A DNA stretch of 64,000 bases from Podarcis tiliguerta (lineage: Eukaryota), in assembly GCA_965153285.1 (NCBI GenBank), contig OZ229111.1; one strand, given 5' to 3'. Numbering within the stretch: the first letter of the stretch is position 1; every line of letters starts with the position of its first letter. Positions 14,155 to 25,725 of the stretch are shown piece by piece. The position numbers were made by a program, and so were the translations under genes. The notes under the pieces were generated by a model. The model ran no database searches and was not told the DNA's origin. It worked only from the letters and a program-made list of their open reading frames with translations.

Positions 14155-14285
14155 TCTAGTCCAGCATCCTATTTCTTATAGTGGCCGACCAGATGCTTCA
14201 AGCAGGACATGTGTGGAATAGTTCTCTTCTGCCATTGTTCTTCAGCACAGGTAGTCAGAGGCATGTTACCTCTCAGCCCGGAGGT
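14155..14285 (-). mobile_element. Old CR1-type 3'-end fragment
   Basis: TCTAGTCCAGCATCCT...GTGGCCGACCAGATGC; same family as about 26800-26925, 56622-56805, 57145-57290 and 60045-60185. Confidence 0.55.
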
Positions 14286-15646
14286 CGAGGTCTTCTGCCA
14301 TCGACATTTAGAGGGCAAGCGTGTAAACCAGGCCCTCTGCTGAAGTTGTTCAAACGCAACAGGCACAAAATAGCCTACTAGCCACAGATATCGGTAATGC
14401 ATCCGTTTTTTTAAATGCACTGCATTCTTCTGCAGTCTAAAAACTGACATCTGCAGGACAAGGCATCGACTCTTGAGCAGAGGTAGATTAAGTAACTGTG
14501 CAAGGGGCAGTTACCAAAAGTCCATGCTACCAACGCTAACCAGGGAGCACAGAAAACAAATCTTCAACATGTGGTGCACAATGTTGCTGTTGCCATGGCA
14601 AATATTCATGTTTCAAGAGAAGTGTTAAATCTTGTATCAGAAGTCAAATTGGCTGCCAAGACACATTTTCACAAGTAAGGGAATTTTTGTCTTTTCAGAA
14701 TGGAACCATTTTTCAGTTGACACTGACTTTTCCCTAAAATAAATTCCTCAGTAACTAAGCCAATCACACTTGACTGAGTCCCAAAAAAATAAATAAAAAT
14801 GAATTAGTCTATTCCACTACAGAATTGTCAACAGTTTTGTGTGTGTGCATGCAAATGCCTTAAGAGTTATTTAGAAAACCCAATACTCCAATGCTAATAA
14901 ATATTTAAACAGCTACCTCAAAAAAGACCTTAATTGCAGCACTGAAAGTCATTCAGATTCTAATAAGAGAAGGAAGACAAAGAGTTGACTTTGCCTGTTC
15001 CTTCCACAAATGTAAGATTCAGTTTCCACCACAAACATATAGCCATGCATCTAAAACTCAGGATGAGAGAGACCAAAAAAGAAAAGAAAAAAGGAAGCCA
15101 ACTGTTTTGCAGATTTCTGGTCATTTTGTATCTTTGAGGAACAAACTTTAAATTCACAATGTTTCAAAAGAAAAACATTGATGATTATAGTAAAATATTC
15201 CAATCTCCTTTGCGTCAACACAGTACTATAATTATTAATCCAATGGAAAACTTGCTTGAGTGGAATGCACTTCTGATTAGGGGAGATTTCTGCCAGTTCC
15301 CATCCCCACAGATGCAGTCCCCTATGCTACTGTGAATACTATTCCAGAGGTTCCCCTGTTTTTCAGGAGTGGCCTTTTAAGTGTCCAAGGAGCGCAGCGG
15401 GAAGGAGGTGAGAGAGCCCCATTGTTCTTAGGACCCAAATCAAAGGACTGGGTCCACAGTACCCTAGTCCTATTTAGATCCTATTTAAATCAATGTGAAA
15501 ATTAAGTCAAAGCTAAGTGATATCTTGTCAATGTCAATGGGAACTAAACTCAATTTACTTTTCAATTTTGTTTTATTTAATCAAACCACAGACAAAACCA
15601 AAATCTATAATCCCTGAGTAAAAACCATAAAATGTGAAACTAGATG

Positions 15647-16785
15647 GCGGGGGCCACTAGGGGCGCATCGGAAAATGGCTGACAATAACATCTCTCCGAC
15701 CCACACGAGGTAATTAAGAGGCTGTGATGGGAGTAAACAGCCTCCCTGCCCCCCCAAGCGTGGGGGGGGGAGACTGCCCTTGCCTGCTGTGCCCTATACC
15801 ACCCCCGAATTTGTGGGGGTGGGGGCACTAGGCAGAAAGCCCTTGTGTGGATCTCGGCGCTCCTGGACGCTGTCTCTGATTCACGCCTCTAGCTGCAGCA
15901 ACTTCAAAAGAAACAATTAGGAGGAAGCTAATGCACATATTTCTAGGAAGAGGAGGGAGTAAAGACTGCTAACTGAAGAGATCTCTGATAAACAAGACGG
16001 GTCGGAGGAACAAGAATAAATCATGAGAAGACACACCAAGGCTCGGTATGTTCGGCAACGGGACTGGATGGGGAGGGGAAAAAACTTTCCTTTCTTTTCT
16101 CTATGTGATTAACCAAGAATCCCCCCCCCCCAAGTCACAAGTCAGAAATGCAGTTTCAATGACTTAAGCTGTGGATTTAAGACTGTGTGGAGATAATTTT
16201 CTAACCAAAGCATGTTTTAAGAAGATCGTGAAAAGCATAAGAGCTTTGGAATGACGCAGCAAAAAATACCGTTGCCATTTTGGCAAGTTCTGTCAGAAGA
16301 CTTAAGTCTGGGAGGAGGAACAGAGTTGTTTTTATATTGTGGGTGAGCCTCCTCAGAGGGACTAAAGAGCGACAGATTTGTGAGATTAATGATGGAAAGA
16401 GTGCTGTTATTTATGAAAGTGATGATATATGGAAACCATCTTGATATGATGATTGGACGAACGGAAAAATTCACACAAGATTATAATTGGTGTTTACCTG
16501 CTTAAGGAGATTATCAGAAGAGATCATAAAGAAAAAAAGAAAAATATACGAACAAGAAGAGATGTGGAAACAGGAAGATAAGACTGGATAGAATTATGAA
16601 CATTATTTGGACAGATTTGTGGATATTAACGCAGCAGCAAGAAGATGATCGGAATCCCCCTTCGGAACTTGAAATATGGGTCCCCCCAACAAAAATTTAA
16701 AATTCGGCTTTGTGATTCGGAATTTATGTGATGTGATTTGATTTGATTTGATTTGATTGGTCGGTTAATAAAAATTATTTTTTAA
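15647..16785 (+). mobile_element. About 1.14-kb non-coding retroposed element (probably L1-mobilised, non-autonomous)
   Basis: Perfect 18-bp TSD AAAATGTGAAACTAGATG at 15629-15646 and 16786-16803; GC/CpG-rich 5' end; (GATTT)n; AATAAA at about 16767; no plus-strand ORF of 60 aa or more. Confidence 0.75.
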
Positions 16786-17313
16786 AAAATGTGAAACTAG
16801 ATGTTGAGCTATAGCAAATTCAAAATATTTTTCAAAACATTTTTTTAAAAAAGCATTTTCACAGCATTTATTAGATATTTGTAGATTCCACCTTAGATTT
16901 CTTGTCTATGTGAAACTTTCTGTATAGTGCTCTCAGCTAGCATGTGTTCCTCTCTGATTTCTAGTACTAAAGGCTTTTAAAAAAAACTTTATCTCACAAT
17001 GGACAACAAATCTCTATATCATTCTGTCCATTTCATCCTTACTTAATTACAGCAAATTGCTTATTAAAATACTTGAATCTCAACCAAAATACTTCACTTA
17101 TTTTCTTTTAAATTATATACCTTATTTTTTCCCCTTTATTGCCTCTCCTGGTACCACATTTTGTATTGTAGTGTACTGTAGCCCTGTGTTGTTGTTTTCT
17201 TTCATTTGAATCAAGCAATTGAGCAGAATCCCTGTATTGCAACAAAGTGTCAGAATCTGTCCAGCTTAGACAGGGTAAAGCCAAGACCTAACTTACAACA
17301 GTATGCTTTAGAG

Positions 17314-17567
17314 CAGGGGTAGGCAACCTAAGGCCCGTGGGCCGGATGAGGCCCAATCACCTTCTCAATCCGGCCTGCAGATGGTCCAGGAATCAGCGTG
17401 TTTTCACATGAGTAGAATGTGTCCTTTTATTTAAAATGCATCTCTGGGTTATTTGTGGGGCACAGGAATTCGTTCATATTTTTTTTTTTTCAAAATATAG
17501 TCCAGCCCACCACATGGTCTGAGGGATGGTGGACCAGCCCTCGTCTGAAAAAGGTTGCTGACCCCTG
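17314..17567. mobile_element. hAT (Charlie-like) MITE
   Basis: TIRs CAGGGGTAGGCAACCT ... AGGTTGCTGACCCCTG; TSD CTTTAGAG / CTTTAGAC (7/8). Confidence 0.88.
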
Positions 17568-18770
17568 CTTTAGACAGTCAACACACAGCCCAACCATCTG
17601 AGATACAACCTTAACCTAACACTTGACTAATTCAGGTGGGCTAAAATAAAGCCCAGATTAACTTGCAGTTTGTAAAAATGTTCAGATCCAACATACCAAC
17701 CCAGCCATGATGGAAGCTCAGACCTACCAACCTTCAGTCTGTGAAAGGATCTAGCTCAGAAGGGATATAACTCAGTTTGTAGGAAATTTGCTGCTCAGAC
17801 TAAACAGCTGCCCACCAAATCAGTAATAAGATTAGCTCCACAGAGAACTCAAACTTGGTTTTCACTTTTTCAGATTACACATTAGTAGTAACGGTGGCAG
17901 CAGTGGTAGTTACTAATGGCATTACAGTCTTTACTATAGCATAGTCAAAGTTCTTTTATTACTGCAAGGAAGACAACAATACTGATGATTATCAGCAGCT
18001 ATTGCATATGTACAATAATGGTTTCTTTCCCCTTTTATAAGAAAAGAAAAGAAAAAAAGAATGCATATTTGCATTACCATCATAATAACTACCACAGATT
18101 GACATGATATGATTGAGTATAATGGCTTCTGTGGAACCATTATGGTCGATCAGCAAATAATATACTTTTGCAGTTGTCTAACTACATATTTGCACATGTC
18201 AGCTCTTGTATACTTCAGTGACATAATTTAAAAGAAATGTTTTTTTAAAAAAACCTGTAAGAACAAACAACGACAACACGATATACTGGGGGGGGGGGTC
18301 AGTTCTGTCTAACATACAAAACTGGGAAATGTTACATTTAAAGACAAAACTCTAAAGAAAGAAAATATCTTTAACTCACTGAACAATGTCAAGTGTCTGA
18401 AGAAATCCAACAAATAAAATAAGGAACCAGTTTGAAAACCTAAAAGTGGAATTATAAGGTGATGTTCAATTGAGGTGTTCCACTTACACAATGGATTTCC
18501 GCTTGGTCAAATGTGAATTCCCCTGCCACCCATACCCCCTACAGCCCCACACTGTACCCCCACAAGTTGCTCTGGAGGCTTGGGGAATCCTCTAAAACAC
18601 ATTTAGGGACATGGGGGACTGCAGTGAAGAGGGGAGGAAGGAGAATTCCATTGCATCCACTGGTGCAATGTTAGATCGCACCCATAAGACATACAACGAG
18701 GACCGCTACCAAAATCGAATAAAATCTGCAAAGAAGTACAACAAACTCTGCATTAAAAAAAAATACTCAC

Positions 18771-18915
18771 CAAAATCCACAAGCAAGATCCACCTGGTTC
18801 CAGCACACCCACCCCCAGTTGAGTCAAATATCACCAGGCCTCTGCAGCTGTCTCCGTTGCTGTGATGCACTAATGATCTAAGTGCCCCTTTTAAAAGAGG
18901 ATTGACTTTGCGAAT
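18771..18915 (-). other. Candidate 145-nt exon of an unidentified minus-strand transcript
   Basis: Acceptor CCCTTGCCTTTTTGGCATCCATTCCAG, donor TTG|GTGAGTA; one open frame, no recognisable protein. Confidence 0.3.
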
Positions 18916-19717
18916 CTGGAATGGATGCCAAAAAGGCAAGGGTATGTTGAAATCTTGTGGAAAAGGTTATCACCTTCTAATTCAAAGCATGGGCCCATAT
19001 TCTCAGCTTATGAAACATCAGATCGCAAATTTGTAGAATATCTGGCTTCAGAAGTAGCACTGATGAGACATTTATACTTGAATGCTATATGGCAAGTGCC
19101 TATGACTGCTGGACAGTTTAAAAACCCTCTCATCTGTTTGAAGACCATTTAATGTTCCTGTGCAAAGAACATCCAGGACATTAGAGTCAGAATTCACAAA
19201 GGAGATTTTGCTGGCAAATAGTCCACAGCTAACTATTTCCTCATGCATTGAGATTTTAAGTAATTCTTAGGGGCTTTGTAGGAAGGGAGTATTAATGGAG
19301 GGTAGCAGTGGAAACCTATGCATTGATTCAATGAATGTGGCCCTGTATGAACATTACACATTTATGACCCATGCTTTCCTGGTTACAAAGCTCTTCAAGA
19401 CCTACTTCTGAGAGCATATAACTTGGATTAAAAAGGGCAGTTCTGAGTACTGAAAGCCCAAAAGCAGCCTATATAAAACAGCCAGAAATTGAGTTCTCCT
19501 TTTCTTAATTTGGAAAATATCTTTCTAAAAGCCCACTCTACCACCCGGTTAAGCAACAATGCTATGGGTTAAGGCGATTGGTTCCCAGTTATTTCAATGG
19601 CACTAAATTTGGCTGCGAGCCACTGTTCAGAGTAAATGGACAAAATGAGCATTACTAAAACATGTTATCTGGGACTGGCAGAAATTATAACCCTCTGAAA
19701 CCAGCTCGCCTTCAGAA

Positions 19718-19910
19718 CAGTGGCGGAGCTTCATGCTCTGGCACCAGGGGGCGGAGAGCAGGCGGGAGCGGGGCTGGCGCGTGTCCTAGGAGTGTGGTGC
19801 ACCGCCTGAGGGGGTGTGGCGCCCAGAGTGGATGGAGGGCAGCAGCGATGGCACCCCACTGGGGTTGCGCTGCCGGGGGCGGTGCGCTCCCCCCCCTTCC
19901 TCCGCCAGTG
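19718..19910. mobile_element. GC/CpG-rich hAT MITE, probably young
   Basis: TIRs CAGTGGCGGAG ... CTCCGCCAGTG; perfect 8-bp TSD CTTCAGAA at 19710-19717 and 19911-19918. Confidence 0.9.
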
Positions 19911-22900
19911 CTTCAGAACAGCAGTTTTCCAAAAGGATCAAATCCACAAAACAAGCTTGAGGTAAAAACTCAAGACTCCTGGAAAACTGCTTTCTCATTT
20001 TTTGGCACTTTTTTTGAAACAGGCTTAGCTTCCAAAAGGCACAGCCTTCCACAGGGACTGGAGCTCTTGAGGGGCAATTCATATAGACTGAGAGGTGCTG
20101 GAGCTAAGTCTCGCTGGGGGGAAATAGCCCTGAATACTGGGGAGTAGGGGAGAGAAAGGCTGCTGCGGCAGCTAGAGTCAGCCCTGGTGGGCTTCCGCAT
20201 GCCCATGCACTGAGATGGCGCCTCTTTGCTACTGCCCTCAACATCCTGATGGTTATTTACAGGCCCTACACTTCAACTCCAAGGCCCAGTCCTGGTTGCA
20301 CCATTGTTCCTGAGGACAGTCGTGGCTGCTCAAATGGAGAAGAAAAATGTAAATTCCCTGAGCAAAACAGAATGAAGCTAGCTTTATAACTTATTTAACA
20401 AGTGGGTACTTCTTTTTATTCTCATGTTCCTTGCCATTCAGTGCCTTCTGTAAAAGTTCAGCCTCTCTCCTTCTCTTGCTTTACTGACTGTTGGTATGAA
20501 GAAGCAGTCTTCAGCAATCAGGTACAGAAAGCGGAACAGTTGACTCCTAGAAGTTTAATTCTACCAGCACTTGACAAAAAGCGAAATGTGCTGTAGAACT
20601 ACCTGTTGGTAGCAATAAGCAGATGCTCCCCTGCTTCTCCTTCTGCACCTTTTCAGATACAGCAGTGTGAAAACCAACCATGTTTGATAAAGAGATGGTA
20701 AATGTACAAATAAGCAGACGTGTTTCTTCTTAAAACGCTCTGCGCTGTGTGGAAATTCAGAGCCGTTATCTGTTGCAGACCTGTAACGCCCCTTTTTTCT
20801 CTCTAAAGAGAACTTGTGCACATCTAAAACTGCAGAACCTGTTGAGAACATTTTGCTTTCAGCTCAAGAAACTTTTGCTCACTGTATTCAGCAAACAATG
20901 CACTTAAAAATATTCTATCCACCCTGCTACCTGCTGCAGACAACCATCTGCAGAAAGCATGAAAAATGCTTTACAAAACCATTCCATTAAAGTACCGTTT
21001 AAAATTAGCTCTCTGTTACATCCAAATGCAAATATTGCTCTTTTGTAACAGCACAGCAATAGTCTTACATAAAGTGATTCCTGGGGAGGGTATGCATTAG
21101 CGTTCCAATCCAGAAGTGTACACTCAGGACTGCCAGCCAAGCAGGCTTCTTTACTGAATGAATAGTTGGAAATAGTATCATACATGCTCCAGGAGATGCG
21201 TGTGCAGAGAAATCGGCAGAGAAAGCACTGGTCATGGGGCAGGAGTTCCATATGCATGTCACAGGGTTCAGCATGCATCAGGACTCGAGCATCCTATGCG
21301 AGGAAACAGGGGTGAGTTCGTCCAACTGTGCAGTGCAACCCAATACCATTTCAACCTTGAAATTACATATTTAACACTTTGTGCTGAGGAAGGTACAGTA
21401 ACTACAATGCCACTAGAAGGTGGCGCACAGATAACCATCACATCTATACTTGTTTCTGCATCACTTCCACAATGCAGAGTCACCTTATGCCTCAGCTCCA
21501 TGTTGCCTCTTATTATAACTTGCACACAAGGCAGTGACTTAGTTCGGCATACTGGCCCAAGTGGCTGCTGGATCCCAGCCACAGCACTTATTTGCTGGTG
21601 TTGTGAGGATTGGGCTGTAAGCCTTGTATACAGGTGACCCCCTATCTGAACCTGGACACCTGCAAGGTATACCTGGATCCATGCTTGTTTTTAGCAAGGT
21701 TACTTCAGTTAAATAAAAAAATCATGGGAGACAACACAAGATTGGCAAACTGTGGCAAGCCCATCAAAGCTTTTTTTTCTCTTGCAACCTGGTAAAAAAA
21801 AAGTCATCTGGCAGAGATATGACTCGTAGTCCTTATTTTGCCTGCCCTTGGTATAGTACAATCCCATTAGGAGCAATGCAGAACAAATGGAAAATAATTG
21901 GTTACTTTGGGAGATGAATGAAGGGTGAGTGAAATGGGAGATAGGACAACTGTTAATGAGAAGAGTTCCCGCCGCCCCAACTGACGAAGTCAATTTCACA
22001 GATGCAACTACTGAAAAATACTGTAAATGTATTTGTTGGGAGAAGGCTATAGAGAAACAAAACAAAGATACAAAATGCCTTTCTACATGTGACAAAGCAT
22101 TATTGGAACAATACAAAAGGTCTCCTTAGCTTTGTGGCATGTGATATTTTGAGGCTCTCAACTCCTTAAGGATATGACTGTGGTGGAAATAATTCTCACA
22201 ATTAATATGTGTATGAAGTTACGGAGTTCACACTGCCCAGTGAATCCTAATCCACCTACAGCGCACAAACATATCTATATAATCTGTCACCTTCAGCAGA
22301 ATTCATTAAAATAATGTTATATCCCCCCTTGTTAAATGTAATTCTTTTAATTGAATTTTAATCTTACTGCATTATTTGGTAGATTTTTAATTGACATTTG
22401 TGGTAATTAATTGGTAAGCATTACAGCTTTGTCTGAAGAATTTAAAACAAAATTTGACACAGAGATTGGCTAGCCAGTGTTGGGATCTGCCTGCTGGGAA
22501 CGTTTCATCATTCTTTCAGCCCATCCTGCTGATCATAGGTTAGGGGAAATGATGGACTCTTTTTTACAGTCGAGAATTACATTACTAATATATTCCATTA
22601 CCACCACGCAAATGTCATGTTAATTTCTGATCATCATCAAGTCAGACAATGGTTTCCACACTGGCAACTAGCCAATTAGTTATGTGGAAAAATATTCAGC
22701 CAATTATGTTACTTGAATTAGGTTAAGGACTCAAGAGAAAGCAAATAAATGCTTTGAAACTACTTCAGAGATAAAATGTAAGTTGACACCGTCTTCATGT
22801 GCTGTACAGGATGTTATACAGTATGATAGGCACCTGCCAACATCCATAACTGTTTATGAAATCTAGCCGTCCTTTATGATGGCAGCAAAGAGCGGCATTT

Positions 22901-24439
22901 CCCCCCAATATTTGGTTCATTGTGTTAGGAGGGAAACCAAAATAGCTAGGACTGAGCACACAAGGCTTATAAAACACATTAGGCAGTATATATTAAATTG
23001 CTTAAATTGCATTCCACCCCCCTCCTGAAAAAGTTTCATGAAGAAGAGGAAAAAGAAGATAGAACGAAGTTTGCTTGGATTGCTGTCAAAGTGCAGGACA
23101 AAGTTATAGCAGGCCATTGCCTGCCATCCAATACTGGCATCAAAGGGATCAGAGTTTGCATTCTGGAGCCAGAACTAAGGATCTACATCCTTGCTTTTGA
23201 CGCCATTTTAAGACACATTCTCTGTTTGTAGAGATAGTCGCATATAAGTTAAATCATAAGAATATTAAGCAAAGAGCCAATAGTTTTGACACAAAATAAG
23301 TAACTCTGTCTATTTGCCAAAGGACACCAAAATGGAGCAAGGAGTGGGGAAGCCCAATGCACCATTCAGATTTTCATCACACCACGTTTGTATCAGAGTA
23401 ACACCCAGGCCTCTTCTGATGTTCTGCAGGATAAAACTGTGGAGCTTTCCTATTATTTTGGGTTATTAAGCGAATGTTTACAAACACAGGGAAAGCTTTT
23501 GCCATCTTCATGTTTAAAAAATTGTGTGCAACTACATTAAAATGGAGCGGGGGGGGGGGGTCCTTAGCACCAGCCCAGTCTTAAGAGATATTCTTGCACA
23601 GCAAGATTCCCCTTTATGCTGCTAAACAAATGAACAATGCTGATATATTTTTTGAGATCTGAGGAGAATACATAAAAATCCCTCTCACTGAATCTAGGTG
23701 TATATAGTGGATTGCAAAGCTGCATACTTTTATTTCTCAATATGATGGTTTAACAAATAAAGATTTAAGTATAAACACTTGGGATTTATGTATAACTTCC
23801 ACGTAAACATACTTGCATGTGAACTTAGCGAAATCGATCTATTAAACTGTTTACTGTGTCAGCCAGTAAAACATGAAGTTATGATAATCCGTGTTTAATG
23901 GCAGGGTGACTCCTGGAAAATAAAAGCACAGCCCCTTTAAAATATGTGTTAATTTTATTTTTGAATGAAAGTGGATTTATAATAGGCAAAGAGGGTTATT
24001 GATTACATGCCAGCAATGCAAAGTTATTATTTAAAAGGAAGTTGGGGGGGGGGGGAATTCCATATACTTTAAGCAAAATCCTTTCTTTTCTGTTTAATCT
24101 AAAAACCAAAAACTGAGCTCAATTTTCATTCTTCTGACTAAAGAATAATTGTATTTCTTCCAGTGCAAAATATTTGATAAATAAAAAGGTAGGCCAAAAT
24201 AATTATAATATGAATGATGGAATTGCTTTAGACCTAAGCTAGTAATTCAGAGGTCTGGCAGTACCAATCACACACGACTAATCACCAGCATGTTTGCAAA
24301 ATGAAATAAGGAACGTATGAGCTGCTGGAGTTTTCCTGATAGTTTAGCCATGGCGAGGTGATCAGGGAGTATTATATCTGCACCAGGCAGATTATGGAGC
24401 AAAAGTAACTACAACAAAGTAATTCTACAGAACAATTCC

Positions 24440-24515
24440 TGCCACTCCCCAGAGAAGGAAGAGAGATATGGTGGTGGTAGGTGACTCCCTACTGAGGGGG
24501 ACAGAGGCAGTTGTA
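24440..24515 (+). mobile_element. CR1 ORF1 fragment (GDSL/SGNH esterase-like block I)
   Basis: Translates RRKRDMVVVGDSLLRGTEAV, typical of CR1 ORF1p. Confidence 0.7.
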
Positions 24516-24792
24516 AGTGGAAGTAGCAGGATATGTTTGAGTGACTTGATCATGTCAAACGGTATGCACACATGGCATATGCATGTCTCCCCAGATATTG
24601 AGGGGGCCCATCCCCCTTCTTGAAAATTTCAGCAGGGGGGCCCTGGCCCTCCCCTGCTGGCGCCCCTGATTCTATCAATCTATGGTCAGTGACATCATTT
24701 TGTCAGTAGGACAGAAGTGTACTAAAATGATGAATATTCTGTGTGTATTGTCTATTTTGGGACCCAAAGTATAAGATACTGAAGCTCCTATA

Positions 24793-25034
24793 CAGTGGTA
24801 CCTCGGGTTAAGTACTTAATTCATTCCGGAGGTCTGTTCTTAACCTGAAACTGTTCTTAACCTGAAGCACCACTTTAGCTAATGGGGCCTCCTGCTACCG
24901 CTGCGCAGCAGCTGCAGGATTTCTGTTCTTATCCTGAAGCAAAGTTCTTAACCCGAGGTAATATTTCTGGGTTAGCGGAGTCTGTAACCTGAAGCGTATT
25001 TAACCTGAACTGTATGTAACCCGAGGTACCACTG
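24793..25034. mobile_element. Tc1/mariner-pogo-type MITE, family 1
   Basis: TIRs CAGTGGTACCTCGGGTTA / TAACCCGAGGTACCACTG; TA TSD; highly similar to the 13883 copy. Confidence 0.92.
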
Positions 25035-25311
25035 TACATTCATTTTAAGTTACTATTACAAGCGAGGCATCCACAGCACTGCTGATCAACCGATTCCCAA
25101 TAAGCCTTAGATCTTTCTGTGCTGACTTTACATGTCAAAAAACATGATCAACTTTCATTATGAAACTATTTTTATTCTAAATAGTTTAATAAAATGAAAT
25201 GTACTGGGAACCGTCTATAAATTACTGAGTTGCGGCTATATTTTGTCACAATTACTACATTCATTATCTATTTAGCACATTTTCAGTGTTCAAAGAGTTT
25301 CCAATATACTG

Positions 25312-25725
25312 GCTGCATTGAAATAGCAAGCTAAACCTTGGGTTAACACAATACGAACAAACTGTAGAGACCCTTGGGTTCTTCTGTCCTCACAAAGAAG
25401 AGTTTGAAAGCTTCCTCTTCCTCCTTTGGTTAACCACAATTTGTCATGTGGTACCGACCAATGGACTGTGGTTAACTTTAACTATGGTTATTTAAAAGAA
25501 GCCAACTTTAAATTATGATTTCAGCAGCTGGCTAGTTTAAAGTAATCATAGTTAACAATAACAAGCTTTAGAACCAGAAGACATGGAAAGCTGTGTTTAA
25601 CTCAAAGTGGAAGCTTCCAAACTCTTACTTATGGCCAAACAGCAGAAAGCGGGAATGAAAGGCTAAGGCTAACAGCAGATTGTTCCCATCATGTTAAACC
25701 ATGGTTGAGCATGATCTTTGAATTC
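25312..25725. mobile_element. Old palindromic AAACCATGGTT-family DNA element
   Basis: Similar to 1193-1610, decayed. Confidence 0.45.

Noticed and set aside
19662-20147. Longest ORF (161 aa)
   Set aside because: It stays open largely because it crosses the GC-rich hAT MITE; no recognisable domain.
21409-21428. CCACTAGAAGGTGGCGC, CTCF-like (also CCACTAGGGGCGC at about 15654)
   Set aside because: Spacing errors or mismatches at informative positions.
20904-22129. Cluster of overlapping 100-145-aa ORFs on both strands
   Set aside because: No recognisable protein, no consistent frame or splice boundaries, and Cys/Leu/Ser-rich composition typical of random frames.
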